From contig JBJTQJ010000085.1 of the NCBI GenBank assembly GCA_046075565.1, forward strand, positions 11,689 through 35,688: 24,000 bases of DNA, written 5' to 3'. Each line of letters starts with the position of its first letter. Within the stretch, counting starts at the first letter, position 1. The DNA comes from Verrucomicrobiales bacterium (lineage in GTDB: Bacteria; Verrucomicrobiota; Verrucomicrobiia; Verrucomicrobiales; SLCJ01). Under the pieces are notes generated by a model that saw nothing but the letters and a program-made list of their open reading frames with translations, was not told the origin of the DNA and ran no database searches. Of the stretch, positions 16,711 to 24,000 are shown one piece after another. A program made the translations under genes and the position numbers.

Positions 16711-17162
16711 AAGCCTATCCCGACACATCGTTTCTCTGCGCACTCTACCGGACGCAAGACAACTCCCCTCCTGCACTGGCCTATCGCGCGGCCATGACCG
16801 AGCCGCTTCACGTAACCCGCCTGCTGCTCTGGGAATTTCGTCAGTCCGTGCGTTTCCAGGCTTTCCGCCATGCCAACAACCGGCAGGTCGGTTATCCCTT
16901 ACACGAAGCGGAGAGAATGATCGCCAAGCTCTCGGAACACATGGACGAGGGGAGCGTTCGGTTGGTTCATTGCGATTTCCTCGACGTCTTGGTCGCTGGC
17001 GAGCGGATATCCAAAGCGCGCACCTTTACCAGTGGCCACCGCGGCTTCGACATTCTCCACGTGGCCACCGCCCTCGAACTCCGCGCCGAACATTTCCTCA
17101 CTTTCGATGTCAACCAGATTGCCTTAGCCGCCGCCGAAGGCCTTGCTGCCCCACTTGGTTAA
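16707..17162 (+). CDS. vapC: PIN-domain ribonuclease toxin VapC
   Basis: (TTG)KAYPDTSFLCALY supplies the first conserved acidic residue of PIN. LTFDVNQIALA near the C-terminus supplies the last conserved Asp. 151 aa, translationally coupled to the antitoxin. Confidence 0.8.
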   Translation: MKAYPDTSFLCALYRTQDNSPPALAYRAAMTEPLHVTRLLLWEFRQSVRFQAFRHANNRQVGYPLHEAERMIAKLSEHMDEGSVRLVHCDFLDVLVAGERISKARTFTSGHRGFDILHVATALELRAEHFLTFDVNQIALAAAEGLAAPLG

Positions 17163-17248
17163 ATGCTGAAACGCGTAGGGGCGCGTGCTGAACCACCCCC
17201 GGATTTCGGGTTGCCTCTGGTTTCTCCGGCGCTAGGCTTGGCGTTCCC

Positions 17249-18442
17249 ATGATCATCGCTCCCAAAATCCGAGGATTCGTATGTGTGACCGCCCATCCGG
17301 CGGGATGTGCCCGCCATGTGGCAAATCAGATTCAGGTCGTGCGCGACCGTGGTCCCATCGAAGGCGGTCCGAAACGGGTGCTCGTTCTGGGTTCCTCGAC
17401 CGGATACGGATTGGCCAGCCGGATTGCCGCGGCTTTTGGCAGCGGGGCCGCCACCATGGGGGTCTTTTTCGAGCGCCCGGGCACCGAAGGCAAACCCGCC
17501 ACCGCCGGATGGTATAATTCGGCCGCTTTTGAAAACGAAGCCCGTGCCGCCGGTCTGTATGCCCGCAGCTTCAATGGCGATGCTTTTTCCGACGAAATGA
17601 AGAGCCAGGTGATCGCCGCCATCAAGGCCGATCTCGGGACGGTTGATGCCGTGGTCTACAGCCTCGCTTCTCCCCGCCGCACCCATCCGAAAACCGGAGA
17701 AGTTTTCAAATCCGTGCTCAAACCCGTCGGTGCGCCTTTTGCCGCCAAGAACCTGAATACCGACCGCAAACAAGTTGAACCGGTCACCATCGAACCGGCC
17801 GACGAGGAGGAAATCCGCCAGACGGTCGCGGTCATGGGTGGGGAAGATTGGGAAATGTGGCTTTATGCCCTCGCGGAAGCCGGAGTGCTTGCCGAAGGCG
17901 TGAAGACGGTTGCCTATTCCTACATTGGCCCCGAGGTCACCTGGCCGGTTTATCGTCATGGCACCATCGGCAAGGCCAAGGAAGATCTCGAGCGGGCCTG
18001 TGCCGCGCTCAACCAACGCCTCGCCTCGCTCGGTGGCAAGGCATGGGTGGCGGTTAACAAGGCCGTCGTTACTCAGGCCAGCTCGGCCATCCCGGTCGTT
18101 CCTCTTTACATTTCCCTTCTCTTCAAGGTGATGAAAGCGGAGGGCAATCACGAGGATTGTATCGAGCAAATGGATCGTTTGTTCCGCGATTTTCTCTACA
18201 CGGAAAAGGGACCCGCGGTCGATGCGTCCGGACGCATTCGTGTCGATGATTGGGAAATGGGCGATGCCATCCAGGCGGAAGTCATGCGCCGCTGGCACAT
18301 CGTCGAATCGTCGAATCTCAATGAACTCGGCGACTTCTCCGGCTATCAGGAAAACTTCCTCCGCCTCTTCGGTTTCGGGCTTGCCGGTGTGGACTACGCC
18401 GCCGACGTCGAGCCCGTGGTGGACATGCCGTCGTTGGCTTGA
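17249..18442 (+). CDS. fabV: enoyl-[acyl-carrier-protein] reductase (NADH), FabV type / trans-2-enoyl-CoA reductase family
   Basis: 397 aa. [20 protein letters not shown], the [12 protein letters not shown] nucleotide-binding loop, and the Y-X8-K catalytic motif in [10 protein letters not shown]. Confidence 0.9.
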   Translation: MIIAPKIRGFVCVTAHPAGCARHVANQIQVVRDRGPIEGGPKRVLVLGSSTGYGLASRIAAAFGSGAATMGVFFERPGTEGKPATAGWYNSAAFENEARAAGLYARSFNGDAFSDEMKSQVIAAIKADLGTVDAVVYSLASPRRTHPKTGEVFKSVLKPVGAPFAAKNLNTDRKQVEPVTIEPADEEEIRQTVAVMGGEDWEMWLYALAEAGVLAEGVKTVAYSYIGPEVTWPVYRHGTIGKAKEDLERACAALNQRLASLGGKAWVAVNKAVVTQASSAIPVVPLYISLLFKVMKAEGNHEDCIEQMDRLFRDFLYTEKGPAVDASGRIRVDDWEMGDAIQAEVMRRWHIVESSNLNELGDFSGYQENFLRLFGFGLAGVDYAADVEPVVDMPSLA

Positions 18443-18492
18443 GATGGCAGGCAAACCGATGCGTCCTTGAGACAATGAGGCCCTGATCAAGG

Positions 18493-18686
18493 AAAGGAGC
18501 ACGGGCATCTTGCTAAATTCTGTTTACTTGGAAGCTGAATCAACAGCCAAAATCGGTTTTTGGGGCAAGACCGGGACGGTCTTGCCCTGAAATCTGACCA
18601 CTCTTTGCCATTTCGAGTGTTAAACTGAAGGGATTGGGCATCTTGCCCGTGCAGGACAACCACGGGCAAGATGCCCGTGCTCCTTT
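18493..18686. repeat. ~194-nt element bounded by 21-bp perfect inverted repeats, with nested hairpins
   Basis: AAAGGAGCACGGGCATCTTGC (18493-18513) is the exact reverse complement of GCAAGATGCCCGTGCTCCTTT (18666-18686). The interior holds an AT-rich stretch (18513-18562), the hairpin at 18563-18587 and a third copy of GGGCATCTTGCCCGTG (18636-18651). Confidence 0.8.
18563..18587. repeat. GGGCAAGACCG-GGA-CGGTCTTGCCC hairpin (family B, copy 1)
   Basis: Perfect 11-bp stem with a 3-nt loop. The same palindrome recurs at 22286-22371 (split) and 22661-22681 (loop complemented). Confidence 0.85.
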
Positions 18687-18688
18687 TT
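18636..18688 (+). terminator. candidate intrinsic terminator downstream of fabV
   Basis: GGGCATCTTGCCCGTG (18636-18651) pairs with CACGGGCAAGATGCCC (18661-18676): a 16-bp perfect stem with a 9-nt loop. A T5 run follows at 18684-18688. That run lies 7 nt past this stem but directly abuts the longer-range 21-bp pairing. Confidence 0.45.
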
Positions 18689-18815
18689 CACCCAAGCCTT
18701 GCCGAAGCGCGTGGGAACGTGGGATTTCGGCTCCCGTCGAATTTACATCGGGTTTACCCACAAAGTGCAGGGGCTCTGGTAATCTGGTCTCGGATGGGAA
18801 CCCCGTCCCCTGACT

Positions 18816-21038
18816 ATGAAAACCGCTCTCCTTTACATCGCCCTCTTCGGTGCCGCAACTCTGCAGGCGCAAACCGAATCCATCAGCGCCCGTGTGGCGC
18901 TGCCCCAGACCGTGGTGCCGAACTGGCACCGAGTCGTCCCGCCCCCCGGTTGGCAAGCCCCCGCCGTTGTGCTTGAACGTATGGACGCATCGGTGGTCAT
19001 CCGCGATCGCCTCGCCACGACCACCCTCACGTTCACGCTGCGCAATCCGGGCCCGCGTCCCGCCGAATCGGTCGTGCTCGCCCCCGTTTCGCCCGCAGCC
19101 ATCCTCCGCTCATTCGCCATCGAAGGACCCGGCGGCGGCGAACTGAAGGCCGAACTGCTTCCCCGGGATGAGGCGCGTCGCATCTATGATGAAATCGTCC
19201 GCCGCATGATCGATCCCGGTTTGCTCGAATTCGCCGGCAGCGGCGTGGTGCGTTCTTCGGTTTTCCCCGTGCCACCGAATGGCAGCACGCGGGCCAAACT
19301 CGTCTATGAGGAAATGCTCACCGGCGACCACGGCCGCATTGACTACGCGCTGCCTTTGACAGAAAGCACAGGCCGCGCCTTGCCACTTGGTTTCACGCTC
19401 GAGTGGTCCATGGCCGGGGGCACGCCCACCCTCCATTGCCCGTCCCATCCCGCCACGACGGCGGTTTCGCCTTCGGGAGCAGCGACCCTTCGTTTTGACG
19501 GCGTCCCGCAACCTGGTTCGGTCCGTGTCTCCGCCACGCCCTCGGCAAAAGACCGTCCGGCGATGTCATTGATTTGTTATCCTCCCGAAGGAGGTGAAGA
19601 CGGTTACTTCCTGCTGCAGCTTGCACCGCCGGATGGCGCGGCGGCCCCGCCCTTGCCCCGCGAAGTCACGCTGGTGCTCGATCGCTCCGGCAGCATGACC
19701 GGCGGTAAATTGGACCAAGCCCGCGCCGCAGCCCTCCAGATCATCGAAGGACTCGGGGAGAACGAACGGTTCAATCTGATTGCTTACAACGAAGCGGTGT
19801 ATCCGCTTTTCCCGGAGCCGCGTCTGCGTGACACCGAAGCCATCAATGCCACCCGTTCCTTCCTGCAGGCTCTCCGTCCGAGTGGCGGCACCAACATCCA
19901 TGATTCACTGTTGCAAGCCCTCAAAGCGCCCGCCGCCCAAGGACACCTACCGGTGACCCTTTTCCTCACCGATGGTCTGCCGACCGTTGCGGAAACCAGT
20001 GAAAAACGAATCCGCGAAGCGGCGGTGAAGGCCAACACCGGTAACCGGCGTGTCTTCACCTTCGGGGTCGGGCTCGATGTGAACACACCGTTGTTAGCCC
20101 GTCTCGCCGACGACAGCCGGGCCAGTTCCACCTTCGTGCTTCCGGGCGCAGATGTGGAAATGAAAGTGCTCTCTGTTTACCAAAGTCTCGCCGGTCCGCT
20201 GGTGGCGGATCCGGCCTTGAAGTTCCTTGATGCGGCCGGCAACGAAGCGCACGGACGCGCCATCGATCTCGTGCCCGCCCGTTTGCCGGATCTTTTCGCC
20301 GGTGAGTCACGCCTCGTCACCGGACGCTGGCGCGGTAATGATCCGCTCACGCTCGTCGTGCGTGGCCAAGGGGCGAAGGGCGCCATTGAGTCTCGCCTCA
20401 CGCTCGAGCCGACTGCCGCCAGCACGGCCCACGCCCATGTGCCCCGCCTCTGGGCCACCCGCCGAATCGCCGTGCTCACCGAAGCCCTGCGGGACCTCGG
20501 TCAAGACGGTGCACGAGTCGCGCCCGATGATCCGCGTGCCAAGGAGTTGATTGATGAGATCGTGAAACTCTCCACCCGTCATGGCGTGCTGAGCGAATTC
20601 ACCGCCTTCCTTGCCCGCGACGGCCAATCCTTCGTGCCGATGCCGGCTAACTCCGCCACCACCTGGTCGAACGTGCAAGCCCGCGCCATGCCCATGCGCA
20701 GTGGTGCCGCCTCGATGAATCAGGAATTCAACTCTGCGAAATCGAAAGCCGCCGCCGTGGTGGACAAGAGCAATACCTACTTCGACGCCGAACTGAAGGA
20801 AACCGCCGCCGACGGAGTGCGCCAGGTGGCCGACCGTGCCTTCTTCAAGAACAACGGCCGCTGGACCGACAGCAATGTCAAACCCGAGCGACAAGCCCGC
20901 CGTGCTGCTATCGGCTCGCCGGAGTTCGACGCCCTTGTCGATCGCCTTGTCTCCACGAACCGCCAGACGCTGCTTTCGCTTCCCGGTGAAATCATCATCG
21001 AAGACGCGGGCGAAGTCTGGCTCGTGACCGGAACGTGA
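18816..21038 (+). CDS. secreted VIT domain + von Willebrand factor A domain protein (ITIH-like architecture)
   Basis: Signal peptide MKTALLYIALFGAATLQA|Q. VIT-like region ...VVIRDRLATTTLTFTLRNPG...EARRIYDEIVRRMIDPGLLE...STRAKLVYEEML. vWA domain with MIDAS LVLDRSGSMTGGKL, then GGTNI and FLTDGLPT. About 280 aa of C-terminal extension. Confidence 0.85.
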   Translation: MKTALLYIALFGAATLQAQTESISARVALPQTVVPNWHRVVPPPGWQAPAVVLERMDASVVIRDRLATTTLTFTLRNPGPRPAESVVLAPVSPAAILRSFAIEGPGGGELKAELLPRDEARRIYDEIVRRMIDPGLLEFAGSGVVRSSVFPVPPNGSTRAKLVYEEMLTGDHGRIDYALPLTESTGRALPLGFTLEWSMAGGTPTLHCPSHPATTAVSPSGAATLRFDGVPQPGSVRVSATPSAKDRPAMSLICYPPEGGEDGYFLLQLAPPDGAAAPPLPREVTLVLDRSGSMTGGKLDQARAAALQIIEGLGENERFNLIAYNEAVYPLFPEPRLRDTEAINATRSFLQALRPSGGTNIHDSLLQALKAPAAQGHLPVTLFLTDGLPTVAETSEKRIREAAVKANTGNRRVFTFGVGLDVNTPLLARLADDSRASSTFVLPGADVEMKVLSVYQSLAGPLVADPALKFLDAAGNEAHGRAIDLVPARLPDLFAGESRLVTGRWRGNDPLTLVVRGQGAKGAIESRLTLEPTAASTAHAHVPRLWATRRIAVLTEALRDLGQDGARVAPDDPRAKELIDEIVKLSTRHGVLSEFTAFLARDGQSFVPMPANSATTWSNVQARAMPMRSGAASMNQEFNSAKSKAAAVVDKSNTYFDAELKETAADGVRQVADRAFFKNNGRWTDSNVKPERQARRAAIGSPEFDALVDRLVSTNRQTLLSLPGEIIIEDAGEVWLVTGT

Positions 21039-21115
21039 ACCGACCATCTGATCTGACCAACCAAGAAAACCTATCCGACCCATCTGTAAAACCAAACCAA
21101 ACGAAAAACAAAACC

Positions 21116-22276
21116 ATGAAAACGAAATCCAACCAAAACAAATGTGTTCTCGCGGCCATCGCCGCCTTCATGCTGACGATGCCACTTCAGGCAAAAGAAG
21201 CCGCGTCGCCCGCTGCCACCGAGCCTTCCGGCCCGCGCGTGCAGATTGCACTCCTGCTCGACACGAGCGGAAGTATGGACGGGCTCATCGACCAAGCCCG
21301 CACGCAGATGTGGGAAGTGGTGAACACTTTCATTTCCGCCAAACAGGATGGTAAAGTGCCCTATGTCGAAGTCGCGCTCTATGAATACGGCAACGACGGA
21401 TTGGAATCCAAAACCAACTGGGTGCGCCGTATCCTTCCGCTCAGCCGCGATCTCGATGAGGTGAGCAAGCAGCTTTTCGCGCTCAAGACCAACGGTGGCT
21501 CCGAATACTGCGGAGCCGTGATCAAAGATGCCGCGAACGACCTCTCGTGGGATGCCTCGCCCGATACCTACAAGGCCATCTTCATCGCCGGCAATGAGCC
21601 GTTCACCCAAGGACCGGTGAAAGCCCTCGAATCCTGCCGCGCCGCCGCCACCAAAGGTGTGATCGTCAATACCATCCATTGTGGTGACGATGCGACCGGC
21701 CAGCGCGAGGGCTGGAAAGACGGGGCCGTGGCCGCCGATGGCAAATACATGATCATCGACAGCAACCAGGCCGTGGTGCGCATCGACGCCCCGCAGGACG
21801 GGGAAATCCTCAAGCTGAACGAGTCGCTCAATTCGACCTATGTTGCTTATGGCAGACTCGGCACGGTCAATGCCGAGAAACAAATGGCCCAGGATGCCAA
21901 TGCCATGAGGTCCGCGCCCTCCGTGGCGGCGCAACGCGTGGCCGCCAAGTCGAGTGCCAATTACCACAACTCGAACTGGGACCTTGTGGACGCGAGCAAA
22001 GAGAAAGACTTCGATCTCGCCAAGGTGCCGGTGGAAGAATTGCCCGATGAAATGAAAAAGATGACTCCCGAGGAACGCGCCAATCACATCAAGGCGAAGA
22101 CCGAGGAACGCGCCAAGCTGCAATCCCGGATTCTCGAGCTGAACAAAGAACGTGATGCCTTTGTCGCCGACAAACGCAAGGAAATGGCCGAAGCGGGTCA
22201 CGACACCCTCGACGCCGCCGTTGTGAAAGCGGTGCGCGAACAGGCTTCCAAGAAGAAAATCACTTTCGGCAAGTGA
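21116..22276 (+). CDS. secreted von Willebrand factor A domain protein with a Lys/Glu-rich helical C-terminal tail
   Basis: ORF 21035..22276 trimmed to MKTKSNQNKCVLAAIAAFMLTMPLQA|KE (signal peptide). vWA MIDAS IALLLDTSGSMDG, then NGGSEYCG and FIAGNEPF. The C-terminal ~110 aa are highly charged (PEERANHIKAKTEERAKLQSRILELNKERDAFVADKRKEMAEAG). Confidence 0.8.
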   Translation: MKTKSNQNKCVLAAIAAFMLTMPLQAKEAASPAATEPSGPRVQIALLLDTSGSMDGLIDQARTQMWEVVNTFISAKQDGKVPYVEVALYEYGNDGLESKTNWVRRILPLSRDLDEVSKQLFALKTNGGSEYCGAVIKDAANDLSWDASPDTYKAIFIAGNEPFTQGPVKALESCRAAATKGVIVNTIHCGDDATGQREGWKDGAVAADGKYMIIDSNQAVVRIDAPQDGEILKLNESLNSTYVAYGRLGTVNAEKQMAQDANAMRSAPSVAAQRVAAKSSANYHNSNWDLVDASKEKDFDLAKVPVEELPDEMKKMTPEERANHIKAKTEERAKLQSRILELNKERDAFVADKRKEMAEAGHDTLDAAVVKAVREQASKKKITFGK

Positions 22277-22285
22277 GCCATAGCA

Positions 22286-22371
22286 GGGGCAAGACCGGGC
22301 CTACTTCGCCCCCTACTTCGCCAAGGCTTCAAAGGGCAAGAAGGCTTCGAAGGCTTCAACGGTCTTGCCCC
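22286..22371. repeat. family B palindrome arms GGGGCAAGACCG / CGGTCTTGCCCC separated by 62 nt of short tandem repeats
   Basis: Arms at 22286-22297 and 22360-22371 are perfect reverse complements. The interior has (g/c)cctacttcgcc x2 (22299-22322) and aaggcttc x3 (22323, 22341, 22350). It starts 10 nt after the vWA gene stop. Confidence 0.8.
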
Positions 22372-22414
22372 TCCAAGAAACACGTCCTTGAACCAGAAAA
22401 TCCAAACGACCCAT

Positions 22415-22518
22415 GCAGGGACCGTTGTCCCCAACGGACCTCGGGGGAAGACGCGCCACGCTTTCGCGCCGCCAGTCGCCCCGCGATCTCACGGACCGCT
22501 GAGGACAGCGGTCCCTGC
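22415..22518. repeat. ~104-nt element with hairpin-forming terminal inverted repeats (copy 2, inverted relative to 12627-12729)
   Basis: Left arm gcagGGACCGTTGtcccCAACGGACC (22415-22440, one stem mismatch). Right arm GGACCGCTGaggaCAGCGGTCCctgc (22493-22518). The reverse complement of the interior (gtgagatcgcgggg...gcgtggcgcg...) aligns with the interior of copy 1. Confidence 0.8.
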
Positions 22519-22660
22519 CCGTCGAATGGATTGCTGCGTTTCGAAATCAATTCCGACTGTTCAAAATCCTGCGAATTCTTCCGCTATGCTCCGTGCGGCA
22601 ATAGCGAGACGCTCTTGCTACGAATCCGGAATCCCATTTCATCTTTCCATGCGCAGCGTA

Positions 22661-22681
22661 GCAAGACCGTCCCGGTCTTGC
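22661..22681. repeat. GCAAGACCG-TCC-CGGTCTTGC hairpin (family B, copy 3, opposite loop orientation)
   Basis: Perfect 9-bp stem. The loop TCC is the complement of the GGA loop at 18574-18576. It ends 32 nt upstream of the response-regulator ATG. Confidence 0.85.
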
Positions 22682-22713
22682 CCTACCTACAAACCCGTGC
22701 GAGGTTTCCTTTA

Positions 22714-23418
22714 ATGGCCTGTGTGCTTGTAATTGAAGATGATGCCGCCATCCGGCGTGGGGTGGAGGACGCGCTTGTCTTCGCCGGCCATGAGGTTTTG
22801 AGCGCGGGCGACGGTAATACCGGATTGCAGCGCGCCCTCGAAGCCAACTACGCGTTGCTCCTGCTCGACCTCATGCTGCCCGGTCGGTCGGGATGCGACA
22901 TTCTCGCCGCCCTGCGCGAGAAACGTCCCGGCCAGCCGGTCATCATCCTTTCCGCCCGCGGGGAGGAGGCCGACCGCGTGCGCGGTCTGCGGATGGGCGC
23001 GGATGACTACGTGGTGAAGCCATTCAGCGTGCGCGAATTGCTGGCGCGGGTGGAGGCCGTGCTCCGCCGCAGCACCGAACGTCCCGCGCCGATTGCGAAT
23101 TGGAGCTTTCCCGGTGGCCATGTGGATATCTCGCGTCGCGAGGTCTGTTATGAAGGGGGCGGACGCGAGGATCTCGCCGCCCGCGAGATCGAATTGCTAC
23201 AATACCTGATCGCCGCGCGCGGGCGACCGGTGCCGAGGGATGAGTTGCTGAGGCAGGTTTGGAAAATCGACCCCGCGAAATTCGAGACCCGCACGGTGGA
23301 CATGCACATTGCCAATTTGCGCCACAAGCTCCGCGATACCAATCAAACCATGCTCCGCACCCTGCGCGGCCACGGATGGGTGCTGGAAGAAAATCATTCC
23401 CTATCCAAAGAATCTTGA
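22714..23418 (+). CDS. OmpR/PhoB-family two-component response regulator
   Basis: ORF 22273..23418 trimmed to MACVLVIEDDAAIRRG (ATG at 22714). Receiver domain with phospho-acceptor Asp in LLLLDLMLPG and conserved Lys in DDYVVKPF. Winged-helix output RTVDMHIANLRHKL...RGHGWVL. Confidence 0.9.
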   Translation: MACVLVIEDDAAIRRGVEDALVFAGHEVLSAGDGNTGLQRALEANYALLLLDLMLPGRSGCDILAALREKRPGQPVIILSARGEEADRVRGLRMGADDYVVKPFSVRELLARVEAVLRRSTERPAPIANWSFPGGHVDISRREVCYEGGGREDLAAREIELLQYLIAARGRPVPRDELLRQVWKIDPAKFETRTVDMHIANLRHKLRDTNQTMLRTLRGHGWVLEENHSLSKES

Positions 23419-23434
23419 TCCCCCGGCAAGTCCC

Positions 23435-24000
23435 ATGTCACACCCACGATCCATCTGGCTCGCATTCATCGCCTGTGCTTTGTTAGGCCTGGGCGGGCTG
23501 GCCGTGATCTCGCGTCATGCCATGCGTCTGGAAGAGGATCGCAGGGCGGTGGCAGAGGCCATGGAGCTTTCCCGGAGCGTGCGGCTCGCGCTCTGGCGCA
23601 TGGATAGCGAAGCCTCGGCCTTGTTGATGCGCGAGAACAGCCGTCCGCCCGCTATTTTTCGGGAGACCCAGATTCCGTCAAACGCCCCTGCCTACGCACG
23701 GGCTTACTTTGAGATCAACGAGAATGGGGCGTTGTCTTCCGCCGCGCCGACGGATCCAGCGGTGAAGGGCGAACTGCGTCGATTGCTCGGCGTGACCGAT
23801 GCTCCCATGGTCGCCGTCGTCGAGCCACAAGTGCTGATGCCATCCAACGGCAACGCGGACTTGCAGAAAGCCCAACTCGCTTACGCCGCCGCCAATGCCG
23901 TGACCTTGAACCAGCCGGAAAATTTTGATGTCTTGCCGGCAATAAAAGAGTCTTCGGATGCTGCATCGATGCAGCAAGTCAGATCGAAAGACGCGCCGCC
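23435..24000 (+). CDS. putative membrane sensor histidine kinase, N-terminal part (runs off the window end)
   Basis: Open frame from ATG 23435 to the window end (188 codons, no stop; not in the track). MSHPRSIWLAFIACALLGLGGLAVISRH is a TM helix, followed by a non-cytoplasmic-looking region. It starts 16 nt after the regulator stop. The kinase domains are not in the window, so the call rests on context. Confidence 0.5.
   Translation, partial: MSHPRSIWLAFIACALLGLGGLAVISRHAMRLEEDRRAVAEAMELSRSVRLALWRMDSEASALLMRENSRPPAIFRETQIPSNAPAYARAYFEINENGALSSAAPTDPAVKGELRRLLGVTDAPMVAVVEPQVLMPSNGNADLQKAQLAYAAANAVTLNQPENFDVLPAIKESSDAASMQQVRSKDAP

Noticed and set aside
17159-18508. 449-aa minus-strand ORF covering the whole of fabV
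   Set aside because: Antisense shadow ORF typical of GC-rich DNA. The translation is Gly/Arg/Asp-rich with no recognisable motifs, while the plus-strand frame encodes a full-length FabV with catalytic motifs.
18513-18562. Resemblance to SRP (4.5S) RNA: ctgtttac...ggaag...cagccaa
   Set aside because: Only short word matches are present. The domain IV helix with its GNAR tetraloop and symmetric or asymmetric loops cannot be drawn, and the flanking helix 5 pairing is absent.
22299-22357. Short tandem repeats considered as a CRISPR or minisatellite array
   Set aside because: The units are 8-12 nt with only 2-3 copies each and no spacer-repeat periodicity. They sit inside a split palindrome. There are no cas genes in the window.
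22273-22713. N-terminal 147-codon extension of the response-regulator ORF, and the overlapping 108-aa ORF at 22388-22714
   Set aside because: Both run straight through the palindromic and tandem repeats. The translations are Pro/Arg/Ser-rich. The receiver domain begins cleanly at the ATG at 22714.
1-24000. Search for canonical defence or mobile genes (restriction-modification, Cas, abortive infection ATPases, transposases, integrases, phage structural genes)
   Set aside because: No ORF translation in any frame showed the corresponding motifs. The only conflict-type genes supported are the small TA modules.

Overview
GC-rich bacterial chromosomal segment (GC not computed; strong third-position GC bias gives many long antisense shadow ORFs). 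The protein set suggests a PVC/Verrucomicrobiota-like Gram-negative, but that is inference only. Most of the window is housekeeping. On the minus strand: a partial CrtI-like oxidoreductase, pgsA, ftsY-nusB-ribH-ribBA, tRNA-Glu(UUC), mnmE-hisC (ATGA start/stop overlap) and mutS. On the plus strand: bcp, glgX-pyk and fabV. Small accessory modules sit at junctions between these operons. (1) A UPF0175/DUF3368-PIN toxin-antitoxin cassette between pyk and tRNA-Glu is bracketed by a direct duplication of the pyk 3' end. (2) A mini-islet between mutS and fabV holds an overlapping small-ORF pair (possible decayed TA), a cytochrome b562-family protein, a tiny putative lipoprotein and a Phd/VapC pair with its own promoter and operator. 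(3) Two tandem secreted von Willebrand A proteins (VIT-vWA of 740 aa, then a vWA protein with a charged helical tail) are followed by an OmpR-type response regulator and the start of a membrane sensor kinase. This last block is the best candidate for an uncharacterised system, though VIT/vWA proteins are common, so novelty is moderate. Two families of structured intergenic repeats are visible: a ~103-nt element with hairpin-forming terminal inverted repeats (two copies, opposite orientation), and a GGGCAAGACCG-N3-CGGTCTTGCCC hairpin (three copies, one split) lying on both sides of the vWA gene pair. I found no CRISPR array, transposase, integrase, rRNA or recognisable phage-defence genes. All calls rest on reading the translations and sequence by eye; no searches were run.
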